A stretch of 64,000 nt of DNA from an uncultured Thermococci archaeon (GCA_964595645.1 CAZQQT010000006.1:97115-161114), one strand, 5' to 3'; numbered from the stretch's first letter, positions 19,476 to 31,194 are shown. Notes: a model not told the origin generated them from the letters alone. Program-made: numbers and translations.

Positions 19476-19856
19476 ATGTCTGAAGAGAACGCCGTATCTG
19501 ACAACGCAGAATGCCAACAAATACTGGCGGAGGAAAGAACACTCCTCGCGAAAAGTAGAACGGTACAGTCGTTTATCCGTACCGGGCTAGCACTTATTGG
19601 TATGGGGATTGCTGTCCTCAAACTATTCCAACAGGCAGCATGGTCTATTGTGCTTGGAGGAGTACTGATTGCAATTGGCATCTCTCTCGTTGTTTATTAC
19701 GCATGGTGGCACAAACACTACGCTGAACGAGTTGAAGAGCTCGAAATGAAAATCAGCGATATCATAGAAAATGAAAATGTAACTGATCATAAACACGAAA
19801 CGATTAAGGATAAGATTCCCGTGATTAAAAAGGAAAAAAACAAGAAAAATGAGTAG
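19476..19856 (+). CDS. DUF202 (YidH-like) membrane protein
   Basis: LAEERTLLA..RT..SFIRTGLALIG.G motif. Confidence 0.85.
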   Translation: MSEENAVSDNAECQQILAEERTLLAKSRTVQSFIRTGLALIGMGIAVLKLFQQAAWSIVLGGVLIAIGISLVVYYAWWHKHYAERVEELEMKISDIIENENVTDHKHETIKDKIPVIKKEKNKKNE

Positions 19857-20072
19857 TTACTCTTCCTGTTTTCGTTCCAGCTGCAGAGAGTAACCGACTA
19901 TAAAAGCTACAACAATTCCTACCACAACAACATAGAAGGGGAATCCTCTGTTGTAGCTGATTCCTGCCAACTTCTCCAGTGCAAGACGAATTCTATAGAA
20001 CTCATAGAACATTACCGCTCCTAGAACTGTGATTGCTATCTGCGACCAGAACAATTGTTTATACTTGTTCAT
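19857..20072 (-). CDS. Small 2-TM hypothetical protein
   Basis: 71 aa with two hydrophobic helices; AGGTGA RBS. Confidence 0.7.
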   Translation of the reverse strand: MNKYKQLFWSQIAITVLGAVMFYEFYRIRLALEKLAGISYNRGFPFYVVVVGIVVAFIVGYSLQLERKQEE

Positions 20073-20299
20073 AGTTGATCACCTTTACGTACTTTTTATC
20101 TACTATAGATACATTTTCCCTAATATAAAATTTATGAGATGTTGACTCGAGGATCCATCGGGATCGGCCCCTCTTAATGACAGCTGGATCCATGATAGCA
20201 AGAAAAATAAACCTATCCCTATTATGTACACCTAAAACCATTTAAAGCACTGGTGTATATGATACAGTACTATAAGGATCAGGTCATGGAGAAGGTATC

Positions 20300-22183
20300 A
20301 TGAACGAAAAAATGGATCTGCTTAGGGAAAGACTGAGTGAGGAAGATTACCAAAAACTTGTTGCTATTGATAATCATGAGGTGCACAAGTTTGTTGCCAG
20401 ATATATTGAACTCTGTAACCCAGAAGACGTGTTTATATGCACTGATTCCCCCGAAGACCTCCAATATATACGTGATTCAGCGATAAAAGAAGGAGAAGAA
20501 ATAGATCTTGCCATGAAAGGCCATACTGTTCATTTCGATGGATACTATGATCAGGCACGAGACAAGGAACATACAAAGTTTCTAGTGCTGGAAGGTGTCG
20601 ATCTGGGCCCAAATTTGAATCAAATGGATAAAGAGGACGGATTGAAGGAGATCAGATCGATCATGGAAAATATCATGGAGGGGCACACACTGTACGTACG
20701 ATTTTTCTGTCTAGGGCCGGTAAAATCGAAATTTACAGTTCCATGTGTGCAACTTACAGACTCCAGCTATGTGGCCCACTCCGAGGATCTCCTATACCGA
20801 CAAGGCTATGAGGAGTTCAAGCGATTAGGGAGGAATGCCAAGTTCTTCTTCAAGTTTGTTCATAGCGAAGGCGAACTTGACGAGAGAAATAATAGCCAAA
20901 ATATTGATAAACGAAGAGTATATATCGATACAGAGGATGAAATTGTATACAGTGCAAATACCCAGTACGGTGGCAATACCATCGGACTGAAGAAACTGGC
21001 CATGCGGCTTGGAATACACAGAGGGGCACAGGAAGGATGGCTGACAGAACACATGCTCGTAATGGCTATTCACGGTCCCGAGGGAAGAAAAACGTACTTT
21101 ACCGGAGCCTTCCCATCCATGTGCGGAAAAACATCCACAGCCATGTTGGACAATGAATCTATTGTTGGTGACGACATTGCCTATCTTAGAAAAATCCAAA
21201 GTGATGTCCGGGCAGTAAACGTGGAAGAAGGCATATTTGGAATCATCCAAGGAATAAACTCCAAAGATGACCCTATACAGTGGAATGCACTTCACACTCC
21301 TGGAGAGATTATATTCTCCAATGTGCTCATAACAGAAGATAAAGGTGTCCACTGGATAGGAAAAGACGGTGAGGTCCCTGAAAAAGGATATAACCATTCA
21401 GGCGAGTGGTGGAAAGGGAAGACAGACGAGGAGGGGAAAGAGATACCCTGTTCGCATCCCAATGCCCGATTCACTATCAATCTCAAACGACTAGAAAATG
21501 TAGACGCAAAACTCAACGACCCCAAGGGTGTAAAGGTGGGAGGAATTGTTTATGGGGGGAGAGACTCTGATACATGGGTCCCCGTGGAGGAAGCCTTTAG
21601 TTGGGAACATGGAGTCATTACAAAGGGTGCCTCTCTCGAATCGGAGACCACCGCCGCCACATTGGGGAAAGAAGGAATACGGGTCTTTAATCCTATGTCC
21701 AACCTTGACTTTTTGTCTGTTCCCATCGGAAAGTATATAGAAATCAACCTCAACTTCGGAAAGGATGTGGAGATACCGCCACAGATTTTCTCGGTAAACT
21801 ACTTCCTGCAAGATGAAAACGGCAAGTACCTCAATGCGAAGGTGGACAAAAAAGTCTGGTACAAGTGGATGGAGCTTCGTGTCCACGATGACGTCGGCGC
21901 AATAACAACGCCCACAGGAAAGATACCGAAGTACGAGGATCTCAAACCTCTGTTCAAAGAAGTATTGGACAAAGAATACACAAAGGAAGAGTACGTACAA
22001 CAGTTCACGATAAGGATCCCTGAAAATTTGGCGAAAATAGAGAGAATAAGGGAAATCTATAAAACTGAAGTTGCCAATACGCCTAGAGAAGTCTTTGAAC
22101 AACTGAAGGAACAAGAAAAACGATTGAAAAGAGCAAAAAAAGAGTATGGAAACTACATTTCCCCCTTTGATCTTGAAAAATAA
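20300..22183 (+). CDS. pckG: Phosphoenolpyruvate carboxykinase (GTP)
   Basis: YGGNTIGLKK, WLTEHM, GAFPSMCGKTS, VGDDIA, HPNARF, YGGRD. Confidence 0.97.
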   Translation: MNEKMDLLRERLSEEDYQKLVAIDNHEVHKFVARYIELCNPEDVFICTDSPEDLQYIRDSAIKEGEEIDLAMKGHTVHFDGYYDQARDKEHTKFLVLEGVDLGPNLNQMDKEDGLKEIRSIMENIMEGHTLYVRFFCLGPVKSKFTVPCVQLTDSSYVAHSEDLLYRQGYEEFKRLGRNAKFFFKFVHSEGELDERNNSQNIDKRRVYIDTEDEIVYSANTQYGGNTIGLKKLAMRLGIHRGAQEGWLTEHMLVMAIHGPEGRKTYFTGAFPSMCGKTSTAMLDNESIVGDDIAYLRKIQSDVRAVNVEEGIFGIIQGINSKDDPIQWNALHTPGEIIFSNVLITEDKGVHWIGKDGEVPEKGYNHSGEWWKGKTDEEGKEIPCSHPNARFTINLKRLENVDAKLNDPKGVKVGGIVYGGRDSDTWVPVEEAFSWEHGVITKGASLESETTAATLGKEGIRVFNPMSNLDFLSVPIGKYIEINLNFGKDVEIPPQIFSVNYFLQDENGKYLNAKVDKKVWYKWMELRVHDDVGAITTPTGKIPKYEDLKPLFKEVLDKEYTKEEYVQQFTIRIPENLAKIERIREIYKTEVANTPREVFEQLKEQEKRLKRAKKEYGNYISPFDLEK

Positions 22184-22323
22184 AATCAATTCTTCTTTTT
22201 TTATTAATTCTTACAATATCATACACCAATTACTAGTAAATATCTTCTGGTAGTATATGGGGATGCACAGTCAATAAGGAGAAAGTTTATATACCTTATT
22301 TGCTCTTCTTCAAAAGAGATCCT

Positions 22324-23544
22324 ATGATGTTTCGTGAATATGATTATAAAAAGGATAGAAAAGCCGTTCACCGCATATGGAAAGAGATAGGATGGCTTGA
22401 AGAAAACGAAGAGACCTTAGATATTCTTATCGATGCAAGCTGCGCCCGTATCGCAGAAATTAACGGAGAGGCTGAGTGTCTGGTACTCACCACACCTGGA
22501 ACAATCCGATATCTCCATGAGGATCTCCCGTTCTCATGCGTGGATGGCGTAGGTACAAGTAGAATTGCTCGTAAACAGAGATTTGCCGGAAAATTGACAG
22601 CATTGTCTATAGCGCATAGTGCCAGTGAGGGGGCACTGGTAACAGGACTAGGTATGTTTGAGCAGGGGTTCTACAACAGACTGGGGTTCGGTACGGGATC
22701 CTATGAGCACTGGATAACCTTCGATCCCGCGAGCCTAAAGGTGAACAGCGAACCATCGATGCCCTCACGAATTACAATGAATGACTGGGAAAAGGTGCAT
22801 CGATCCCGTGTTCAACGAAAGCAACACCATGGGAGCTGTAATCTTCATGCGCCTAAAATAACTGAGGCGGAAATGAAATGGCCAAAAAAGTCGTTTGGAT
22901 TTGGATATTTCGACAAGAAGGGCGAGATCACACATCACGTGTGGTTTAGAGCAAAGAAAATGGAACATGGCCCATACTGGGTAAAATGGATAGCATATCA
23001 GACGAGAGAGCAGTTTCTGGAGCTGATGGCGCTGATAAAAAATCTTGGAGATCAGGTTCGAGCAGTAGCGATGCGAGAACCGGCAGATATGCAGATCCAA
23101 GATCTAATAGATAAACCATTCAAAAAACGGCAGATAACAGAAAAATCCGAATACGAAAACAAGATGCACGCATCTGCGTACTGGCAGATGCGAATTCTCG
23201 ATCTAGAAGGATGCATGGAAAAAACACATCTTCCTGAAGAGGTGTCCTTTAACCTAAACCTCATCGACCCCATCGAAACAATGCTGGACGAGGATGCTCC
23301 ATGGTACGGTATCGCTGGTGAGTACGTGGTGACACTTGGACCGGAGTCTCACGCAGAAAGGGGGAAGAAGCGAGGATTGTCTACATTAAAAGCATCAGTG
23401 GGAGCATTTAGCCGTATGTGGCTTGGCATTCGGCCTGCAACAGGTCTCGCCGTTACTGATGATCTTATTGGGCCCGATCAGCTTTTGAAAAAGCTCGATC
23501 AGACACTGCAGATACCAACACCACATCCTGATTGGGATTTCTAA
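22324..23544 (+). CDS. Eis-like GNAT acetyltransferase with SCP-2-like C-terminus
   Basis: VGTSRIARKQRFA acetyl-CoA loop, GFYNRLGFG, WQMRILDL, C-terminal DWDF. Confidence 0.8.
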   Translation: MMFREYDYKKDRKAVHRIWKEIGWLEENEETLDILIDASCARIAEINGEAECLVLTTPGTIRYLHEDLPFSCVDGVGTSRIARKQRFAGKLTALSIAHSASEGALVTGLGMFEQGFYNRLGFGTGSYEHWITFDPASLKVNSEPSMPSRITMNDWEKVHRSRVQRKQHHGSCNLHAPKITEAEMKWPKKSFGFGYFDKKGEITHHVWFRAKKMEHGPYWVKWIAYQTREQFLELMALIKNLGDQVRAVAMREPADMQIQDLIDKPFKKRQITEKSEYENKMHASAYWQMRILDLEGCMEKTHLPEEVSFNLNLIDPIETMLDEDAPWYGIAGEYVVTLGPESHAERGKKRGLSTLKASVGAFSRMWLGIRPATGLAVTDDLIGPDQLLKKLDQTLQIPTPHPDWDF

Positions 23545-23646
23545 TAATGAACATATTTTCTTTATTTTCTAATAACACGAACAAAATACTGATTTATAGA
23601 ATATTTTAGAAGAAACGTTTATATAGCTACCTTCGAGTGAGAATGT

Positions 23647-24244
23647 ATGCCTCTAGAAAAAAAGTATAAAATCGGAATTTGTCTCCTCTGTATAGCACTC
23701 ATTGTATCCTCCTTTTTGCTTGTGGAGTTCACTATCATAAAAAATGAGTACTCCGCACACTCCGATGTAGAAACCTTCGCCTTTGGAAATCCCGAGGTGC
23801 ATGTAAATGAGATATACCTTTATGTTGAAGAAAACAACGCAAGACTAGAGCAAGAGCTCGTGGAAATGCTACAAAGAGAAGGTATTAACATCCTTGAATC
23901 CGCAACGCTCAAAGAAAATTATGGTAACGAGGTACTACTCGTGGCACCACTCAATGAAGAAAAAACATACACCCCCATATACTCCAAAACAACTGCAGAA
24001 ATACTATTTTTTTACTCTATTTCAGGAACTACGAAGTATTTTAACGAGTTTAAATCCGGGAAATCACCCGTTGTAAGGTTTTCCTCGGAGGACGGCGATC
24101 AGCTGATTATCAAGGGGGATCGTAATAGTTACGGATACTAGTAAGGGTCTCATTTCACTGAATGGATATCGAAGACATGTTGCAGAGAAAACAGCGCAGG
24201 AAATCGTGACTCGACTCATCCGTGAACTCGAAAGAAATGGATAA
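23647..24244 (+). pseudogene. Membrane-anchored hypothetical protein, frameshifted at the G5 run 24114-24118
   Basis: ORF stops at 24141, but another frame continues IVIVTDTSKGLISLNGYRRHVAEKTAQEIVTRLIRELERNG* to 24244. Confidence 0.65.
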
Positions 24245-24306
24245 AGAAAAATAGTATAAACAGATCTTTTTTAACCTTGACTTCATAGAATTAATGGCCC
24301 TATACT

Positions 24307-25417
24307 ATGTTACCTGATACGTATCTTACGACTGATCTGAATAAGCCTATTAAAATCGGAGAAATAGAGGTACTCCCACTCTGGTTTGACTCTATGGGGG
24401 CAAAATCCATGGCAACATTCATCCGCACTCCTGAAGTAAATGTGCTCATCGACCCGGGAGCTGCTGTGATGCAACCGTCCTATCCTTTAAAAGACAGTGA
24501 AAAGATCGCATTTTTGGCAACTGCATTTCAACGAATCAAAGCATACTGTCTCCATTCGGATATTGTGGTAATCGCGCATTACCACTACGACCACCACAGA
24601 CTCCCTTCGGAGCTTCCAGAGCCGTACAAGGGGAAAGAACTGTATATTAAAATCCAAATACGTTGATAAACAAATCACAGTGGGAGAGAGCTCGGTCGCT
24701 GTATGAGGATCTCCTCTCGCTCCTCGATACTGAAAAGGAGATAGAAAATCTACAAACAGGGCCTGCACAAACAACGTTTAAGGATCCTTATCAGGAGTTA
24801 ACACTTCTACAGGAAAAAGATTTCGGAGACTACACAGAAAGACATAATGAACTACTCAAAAAATGGCGATCCCATATGGAAAAAACGAGTGAGCGATGGA
24901 AAGAGGGGGACTGGCTCACCGAGTGCACACTGAGGGACACCTCCATTCATTTCATTGGAGAACAAACAGTAAGAAAAGGAAAGACAGAAATAACATTTCC
25001 TGGAACGTTCTTCCACGGAATTGAGTACGCGAAAACAGGATGGGTCAATCCTGTCATTATCCGTCGAAATGATGCAACATTCATCTATTCCTCCGATCTT
25101 CAGAGACCTACCATTGAAGACTACGCCGAGTGGATCATCCGCGAGGATCCTGATGCACTTATCTTGGACGGACCGGCCACCTACCTCTTTGGGTTTATGC
25201 TGAATAGGATCAACCTCAATAGGTCCATCGAAAATGCCAGTCGAATCGTTGAAGCGTGCGATTTTGAGTGCATGATCTACGATCATCACCTTCTCCGGGA
25301 GAAGAAGTTCCGAGAGCATATGGAGCCCTTCTACCAAACGGTGGAAGATACTGGAAAAAATGTGTGCACGACGGCGAATGGTTTGGACTTGCGCCACTGG
25401 TAGACGTGATTGAATAA
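24307..25417 (+). pseudogene. UPF0282-like MBL-fold hydrolase with two frameshifts
   Basis: FDSMGAKS, IDPG, HYHYDHH, DHHLLR; one more A at 24649-24652 restores KNPNTLINKSQ; a second shift near 25375 restores ...EWFGLAPLVDVIE*. Confidence 0.8.
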
Positions 25418-25537
25418 AGGAGACGTACACTGAGGAAGAAATTCTGATAGGCGTCCATACAATAGAAGAACTCATTGAGATGGTAAGGGAGAACAAGTGA
25501 AAGAGACTGTTACACACTCCAGTTCCAGAATTATTCA

Positions 25538-25807
25538 TCAGAGTACAGCAAAAATACATTTTGATGGGGCGGCTTTTCTTTTGGACGTTTTTCTTGTGGT
25601 TTTTCTTTTTTTTTCCTTATTTTGTGGTGTTTCTGTTGTCGTTGTGAGACTTTCTTGTTCTGTTTTGCTCTTCTTTGTGCACATTGTGAGACTAAAAGCA
25701 ATAGTAACCATGATCAGTGCCCCCACAATGGCTACCATTTTACCAAAGATCCAGTAGAAAAACAAAGCGAAAAACGCAGCAAGTACTACTAGCATCTCTT
25801 TTTTCAT
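25538..25807 (-). CDS. Small 2-TM protein with Lys/Thr-rich tail
   Basis: 89-aa ORF with a TATA-like element upstream. Confidence 0.6.
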   Translation of the reverse strand: MKKEMLVVLAAFFALFFYWIFGKMVAIVGALIMVTIAFSLTMCTKKSKTEQESLTTTTETPQNKEKKRKTTRKTSKRKAAPSKCIFAVL

Positions 25808-25940
25808 AGCCCTTTTAGTATTAAGCGTAGAAATATTTAAAAGTTTCGATGTGATTCTTGGGAGCTCAGAAACGTATCCACACCATTGTCATCATAAGTC
25901 TAGAACAAAACTTTAAAAGAAGAAAGGATGAAAGAGAGCC

Positions 25941-26165
25941 ATGAGCAAAAAGAAACAAATTTCTAGAAGAGGAACAGGTGTTGCCTTCTGCGGTATTGCA
26001 GCCTTGTTAATGGGCATGAGCTACGTAGGTGCAGCAATTTTCGGGACGGGGGGGATGAGATACTGGCCCAGCGACGTATTCAATGTGCCCATCGCAGTGA
26101 GCTGGGGATTCCTAATACTAGGGCTGGCATACCTCGTCTGGGGGGAGTACGAAGAACGAAAATAG
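25941..26165 (+). CDS. Small 2-TM hypothetical protein
   Basis: 74-aa ORF with two hydrophobic segments. Confidence 0.65.
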   Translation: MSKKKQISRRGTGVAFCGIAALLMGMSYVGAAIFGTGGMRYWPSDVFNVPIAVSWGFLILGLAYLVWGEYEERK

Positions 26166-26185
26166 TATCACGAAGGTAGTATAAT

Positions 26186-26407
26186 ATGCACTGGGAAGCA
26201 CTGGGTAAACTCTTGATTGTAGGTGGTATTTTCGTTATACTTCTCGGCATTATACTCATTTTTGTCTCAAAAATTCCCTTTTTAGGGAATCTTCCGGGCG
26301 ATATCGTGATTGACAAAGGAAATATGAAAATCTATATTCCTTTGGCTACATGCATCATCCTAAGTATTATCTTAACGCTGCTTCTCAATTTACTCCTCCG
26401 AAAATAG
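26186..26407 (+). CDS. DUF2905-family membrane protein
   Basis: LG.LPGDI.I.KGN..IYIPLAT.IILSIILT. Confidence 0.88.
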   Translation: MHWEALGKLLIVGGIFVILLGIILIFVSKIPFLGNLPGDIVIDKGNMKIYIPLATCIILSIILTLLLNLLLRK

Positions 26408-28468
26408 TTACAAGGATATATAGAGGCCGTTGCTGTCGACATACTCGATAAATCGTTGATACACAGGATGACTAGATATCGTGGATCCATCTCCCACCAC
26501 AACTAACTTCCTCCGCGCACGGGTCAGCGAGACGTTGAGTCTCCTCACATCCTCAAGGAATCCCACATTTCCCTGCGCATTGCTACGCACTAACGAGATG
26601 ATCACTGTCTCTTTCTCTCTTCCCTGGAAGCCGTCCACCGTCCTCACCTCCAGATGCTGTCGTTGCAACGTTCGTGTGATCAGGTCCACCTGATCGTCAT
26701 AAGGAGAGATGATCGCAACCTCTTCTTCTTCCATCCCCACTTTTAAGAGATTTTCTGCCAGTTCAACAACAATTTCTGCCTCCTTTCTGTTCTCCTTTGA
26801 GGTAGAGCCTCTTCGTGTACGTTCGGGAGCATCAATATGCTGTGTATCGATAAACACTACCGGTTCATTGGGATCCACAATTTCCCGTATATCACTATCC
26901 GCCAATGAGATATCTACGCCAAGTCCCCGAAGTGTATGAGTGCGAACAGACGAATGGGCTTGAAGCATGGTGTGGTAAAACTCCCTATTCGAGAAGTTCA
27001 TTATCTTCTCATGCATTCGATATTGAATAGTGAGCATCTTCATGAAAGTCTCACCATACATCTGCGCCATCCGTTCAAAAAGTGTCACCTGCAATCCTTT
27101 CTGGGCCGCCTCTTGGCTCTGAATTGTAGGGGGAAGCTGCAGATGATCTCCTGCCATGATGATTTTACCAGCGGATACGAGGGAGATCAGACAGGACGGT
27201 TCCGTTGCCTGCGTTGCCTCATCGATCACGACCACATCGAACTTTCTTCCTTCCATGAGCTCACTTCCTGCGGTGGAATTGGTGGCGCATACCACATCAG
27301 CTTCATTTAGTATCTCATCGAGTGCTTTTCTCTTGAGCCGATCCGCTTCTTCAAACAGATCATCCGCCTTTTCTTGAAGTGTTACCCATCTCGCCATCTT
27401 CTTTATTTTGTGGGGCGAGACACCACGGGATCCTCTCTCCTGTCTGGCCAACCTCTTGATATAGGAATTAGACATTCCCCGTCTGTACTTTTGATGCGGA
27501 TATGTATATTTTTTCTGTTTTTCCTTTATTTTGAAAGCCTCATCGCGGAGCTTCACCGATTTTTGGTAAGTACTGTTCTCCTCAATCATGTTATCCAGTG
27601 TGTGTTCCCGAAGAATAGGTGTCACCCGCGCAGGATGTCCCACTCTCACTGCATTCACTCCATTCCCTACTAGAAAATCGAGAATGTTATCTACCGCGAT
27701 ATTCGAATCGGCTGTAGCAAGCACCGTCTTTTCTTCCTCTACCAATTGTTGGATTACTTCTATCAGTGTTGTTGTCTTCCCTGTGCCGGGAGGCCCATGG
27801 ATTAGATAGATATCCTCTGCAGCAAGTGCCTCTTCCACTGCACGTTGTTGCGGTTCGTTTAACGAGGGATTGTACCAATGCTGACAAACGACAGACGATT
27901 CCTTAGAGGGATCTCGGAGACCAAGAAGAATATCTCGTAACTCTCCGAGTCGTCCATTTGCTCTCTTCATTGTTGTCAGTGCACTCTTCATTCGCTGGAA
28001 GGTGATATCATTGACGTAGAGGTCCACGCGAATTCCTCTACCGTACACAAACCTGTGGGGTTTTGAATCAAAAACAACGGTGAGAGAGTAGTTAGTTTTC
28101 TCTGTCACCGTTCCTGTAGGGTTGTCATTTCTGAGAGGGTCCTGTTTTGAAACCATGACGAGATCACCGACGGATATTTCAGTATCGCCTAGTTCTCTCC
28201 CTCGTTTCTGGCGTACAAACTTCACGAGATATCCTCCCAGCCCTTCTCCTTCGTCCTTCCCCTTCATATTCAGGAGGGCTCTTCCCTTATTCTGTCGTTT
28301 TCGTCCTGATAGATTCCTGATCTCCTCTTCGTACTGGCGCATCTCATACGCTCGTTCCATCTCAACGAGTTCGGTGAACTGTGTAACATACTCATCTACT
28401 TTGTGGAACGAGATAGTATCTTTCTGAGTAAGTGAGTGCACTGTATGCGATGATTCTGTATGATTCAT
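26408..28468 (-). CDS. IGHMBP2/Upf1-like superfamily 1 helicase
   Basis: [56 protein letters not shown]. Confidence 0.95.
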   Translation of the reverse strand: MNHTESSHTVHSLTQKDTISFHKVDEYVTQFTELVEMERAYEMRQYEEEIRNLSGRKRQNKGRALLNMKGKDEGEGLGGYLVKFVRQKRGRELGDTEISVGDLVMVSKQDPLRNDNPTGTVTEKTNYSLTVVFDSKPHRFVYGRGIRVDLYVNDITFQRMKSALTTMKRANGRLGELRDILLGLRDPSKESSVVCQHWYNPSLNEPQQRAVEEALAAEDIYLIHGPPGTGKTTTLIEVIQQLVEEEKTVLATADSNIAVDNILDFLVGNGVNAVRVGHPARVTPILREHTLDNMIEENSTYQKSVKLRDEAFKIKEKQKKYTYPHQKYRRGMSNSYIKRLARQERGSRGVSPHKIKKMARWVTLQEKADDLFEEADRLKRKALDEILNEADVVCATNSTAGSELMEGRKFDVVVIDEATQATEPSCLISLVSAGKIIMAGDHLQLPPTIQSQEAAQKGLQVTLFERMAQMYGETFMKMLTIQYRMHEKIMNFSNREFYHTMLQAHSSVRTHTLRGLGVDISLADSDIREIVDPNEPVVFIDTQHIDAPERTRRGSTSKENRKEAEIVVELAENLLKVGMEEEEVAIISPYDDQVDLITRTLQRQHLEVRTVDGFQGREKETVIISLVRSNAQGNVGFLEDVRRLNVSLTRARRKLVVVGDGSTISSHPVYQRFIEYVDSNGLYISL

Positions 28469-28631
28469 GGTTCTCCTCCATTGCCTATATCCTGGAAAGA
28501 CAGTGGACTTTTAAACCTTAGGGTACTGGTACGAGGAGTCAACATAGCCTATATACCCTTTCTAAAGCATTGGCGTGTGTATGATCAAAACATATAAAAA
28601 GAAATTCTTAAGACGGAATAATCGTGGTACC

Positions 28632-28835
28632 ATGAAACGTGATAACTGTACAAACAAAGAAATAAATGAGAAAGACTGTCCCTGCACGTACCCGGGATGT
28701 CCGCGAAAAGGTATATGCTGTGAGTGTCTCCAGTACCATTTGGAAAGAAATGAACTGCCCGGGTGTGCATTCCCAGAAGATGTTGAAAAAACATATGATA
28801 GAACATTCAGGAAGTTTATTGAGGTTCACAGCTAA
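28632..28835 (+). CDS. Small Cys-rich protein (DUF6485-like)
   Basis: CPCTYPGCPRKGICCECLQYH...LPGC.F...EKTYDR. Confidence 0.8.
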   Translation: MKRDNCTNKEINEKDCPCTYPGCPRKGICCECLQYHLERNELPGCAFPEDVEKTYDRTFRKFIEVHS

Positions 28836-28969
28836 AAACATTAAGAAAGGATAGCCAAATTCGTTGAAAGGTACAAAGAAAAATCAAAATACGCTCTGTG
28901 AGGGAAACACTCCTGTGAATGAAGTATACCGAATCTATTTAAGGACTCTTTCCTATCCTAAAGGAGACA

Positions 28970-29602
28970 ATGATGCCCTACAACATCCTCGCCTATTTCG
29001 TTGGATTAAACGCTTTTGTATATCTTGCAATTCACGTACCATTAGACATTTTCACCCTTTTGAACAAGGAACAAAAAGAAAAAGATGGAACAAAGGAGTA
29101 TTCGCGCTGGGAGAATAACGCTCTTGTTGAAATTCTTACGATACTATCCACACTCTACTTCTGGGCATTCTTCCTCTGCTGGCCTGTTGTTCACATCATG
29201 TTCGACATGGAACTCTCTCTTTTGTGGCATATTACTCTTCCGTATTCGGAAGCGATGCAGTACCTTGGTATGGTACTAATCAGTGCAGGAACATTTATTG
29301 CGTGTGCCGGGCGGATCGCACGGGGGCAAAATGCAATTTCGTGGGGTGTGCCCAAAGAACTAACAACACGATGGGGATTTAGAGTTGTTAGGCACCCCCT
29401 TTACGCCTCATACTGTTACTACTTCATTGGTATTCCCCTCACCATGCAAACTCCTCTTCTGTTCCCACTTATACTTGGGGTGATTGGATACTATCTCACG
29501 GCACAATACGAAGAAACTATCCTCGAGACAGAGTTTGGAGAACAGTACCGTCGATATCAACAGGAGGTAGGAATGTTGATACCTTTTGTAGGGAGAAAAT
29601 AA
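28970..29602 (+). CDS. ICMT/PEMT-family membrane methyltransferase
   Basis: L.T.WGFRVVRHPLY and EETILETEFGEQYRRY...V...IP motifs. Confidence 0.88.
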   Translation: MMPYNILAYFVGLNAFVYLAIHVPLDIFTLLNKEQKEKDGTKEYSRWENNALVEILTILSTLYFWAFFLCWPVVHIMFDMELSLLWHITLPYSEAMQYLGMVLISAGTFIACAGRIARGQNAISWGVPKELTTRWGFRVVRHPLYASYCYYFIGIPLTMQTPLLFPLILGVIGYYLTAQYEETILETEFGEQYRRYQQEVGMLIPFVGRK

Positions 29603-29656
29603 CATATTTAAAGATTTGTTTCTCATGCCTATTAAAGAGCATATAGGGCGAACCGC

Positions 29657-30838
29657 ATGGTGAAAGTCCAAGTAATAGAGAATGTGGAAGAGGCTAGAGA
29701 GGCACTTAAAAAAATTGGTGTGTACAGTGATAGTGTTGATATCATGGCACCTAAACTAGTGTTTAGAACAATAAAACTAAAAGATGTGGACTCACGGGCG
29801 GCAGCGATAATAAAACAGGAGATGCTCTCCGTAGGAGGCGAGGCTGCAGTTTCACGAGGAGTGATCGACTTCAGCACCGATAGAACAGATATCATCCTCG
29901 CAGGGACCCTGAAGCACTATAGAAGACTGATTGCAAAACTCCAGCGACAACCCTTCGGGCTAAAGGAGATCGCCCAAAAAATCAACGAGCTGCTCAATTA
30001 TGCCGATGCTCCGATACAACCTATGGAATGCAGAGATTACACGCTCAATTTTACTCACACATTAATAATGGGAATCCTCAATGTCACACCTGATTCCTTT
30101 TCGGACGGTGGAAAATTCATTGACTCCGAGCGGGCAGTAGACCGTGCCAAAGAAATGGTGGCAGAAGGTGCAGACGTCATTGATATTGGGGGAGAAAGCT
30201 CGAGACCTGGATCGGAAAGAATCTCTGAAGAGGAAGAGTTATCCCGAGTAGGGTCTGTAATCGAAAGAGTAGTAGAGGAGGTAGACGTTCCTCTGTCCAT
30301 CGATACCTTTAAACCGAATGTTGCGAGGGAGTGCCTGAAAATGGGTGTCCACCTTGTGAATGACATTACAGGGCTCAGAAATGAGGAAATGATCGACGTC
30401 GTAGCAGAGTATGGTGTGCCTGTCGTGGTGATGCACATGCAGGGGATGCCGAACACCATGCAGAAGAACCCCACGTACGATGATGTAACCGACGATATTG
30501 TTCTCTTCTTACGTGAGAGCATTCAAAATGCGAAGAAAAGAGGTGTGGAGAAGATCATCGTTGATCCTGGTATCGGATTTGGAAAAACCCTCGGGCATAA
30601 TCTCATAATACTCAAGAAGCTACGGGAGTTCAAGAGCCTCGGCTGCCCGATCCTCGTGGGTCCCTCACGAAAATCATTCATTGGAAACATCACAGAACTG
30701 CCGGTAGAAGAACGGGTAGAGGGTACCATCGCCTCGGTTGTTGTTTCTATTCTCAACGGAGCAAATATTGTACGGGTTCACGATGTGAAGGAATGTAAAA
30801 GAGCTGTGCAGATTACGGATGCAATACGGTGTATATGA
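29657..30838 (+). CDS. folP: Dihydropteroate synthase with N-terminal extension
   Basis: IMGILNVTPDSFSDGG, DIGGESSRPG, SIDT, DPGIGFGK, SRKSFIG, RVHDV. Confidence 0.96.
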   Translation: MVKVQVIENVEEAREALKKIGVYSDSVDIMAPKLVFRTIKLKDVDSRAAAIIKQEMLSVGGEAAVSRGVIDFSTDRTDIILAGTLKHYRRLIAKLQRQPFGLKEIAQKINELLNYADAPIQPMECRDYTLNFTHTLIMGILNVTPDSFSDGGKFIDSERAVDRAKEMVAEGADVIDIGGESSRPGSERISEEEELSRVGSVIERVVEEVDVPLSIDTFKPNVARECLKMGVHLVNDITGLRNEEMIDVVAEYGVPVVVMHMQGMPNTMQKNPTYDDVTDDIVLFLRESIQNAKKRGVEKIIVDPGIGFGKTLGHNLIILKKLREFKSLGCPILVGPSRKSFIGNITELPVEERVEGTIASVVVSILNGANIVRVHDVKECKRAVQITDAIRCI

Positions 30839-31194
30839 TGAATAAAATACTGTTGAACAATGCCCGTCTCTCGTGTCACGTAGGTATATCAGAGAAGGAG
30901 AGGAAGGACCCTCAGACTATCTTTATCGATCTGGTACTTTTCATTCGGAGGAAGAAAAAATCGCGGAGAGAATCCATAGACAATACTGTAGACTACTCCA
31001 TGGTCTACAAAAGAATAAAAGAAAGTGTAAAGAGAAAAAAGTACCATCTCATTGAAGAAATCGCAGAAGATGTAGCAGATCGAATCCTTCGAGAGTTCAA
31101 TGTGGAAAAGATCCGTATCACCGTAAAAAAACCGCATGCGATGGAAGAAGTAGAGTATGCAGCTGTTGAGATAACGCGGAGGAAATATGACTGA
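30835..31194 (+). CDS. folB: Dihydroneopterin aldolase, bacterial type
   Basis: HVG....E....Q, TVDYS, LIEEIAE, VKKPHA. Confidence 0.92.
   Translation: MMNKILLNNARLSCHVGISEKERKDPQTIFIDLVLFIRRKKKSRRESIDNTVDYSMVYKRIKESVKRKKYHLIEEIAEDVADRILREFNVEKIRITVKKPHAMEEVEYAAVEITRRKYD

Noticed and set aside
25866-25895. ATGATGA-N19-CTGA on the minus strand as a second C/D sRNA
   Set aside because: Only one C/D pair, no second pair or terminal stem; could be chance
26408-28468. SF1 helicase as part of a defence system
   Set aside because: No fused or adjacent nuclease; looks like the ordinary stand-alone IGHMBP2-type helicase
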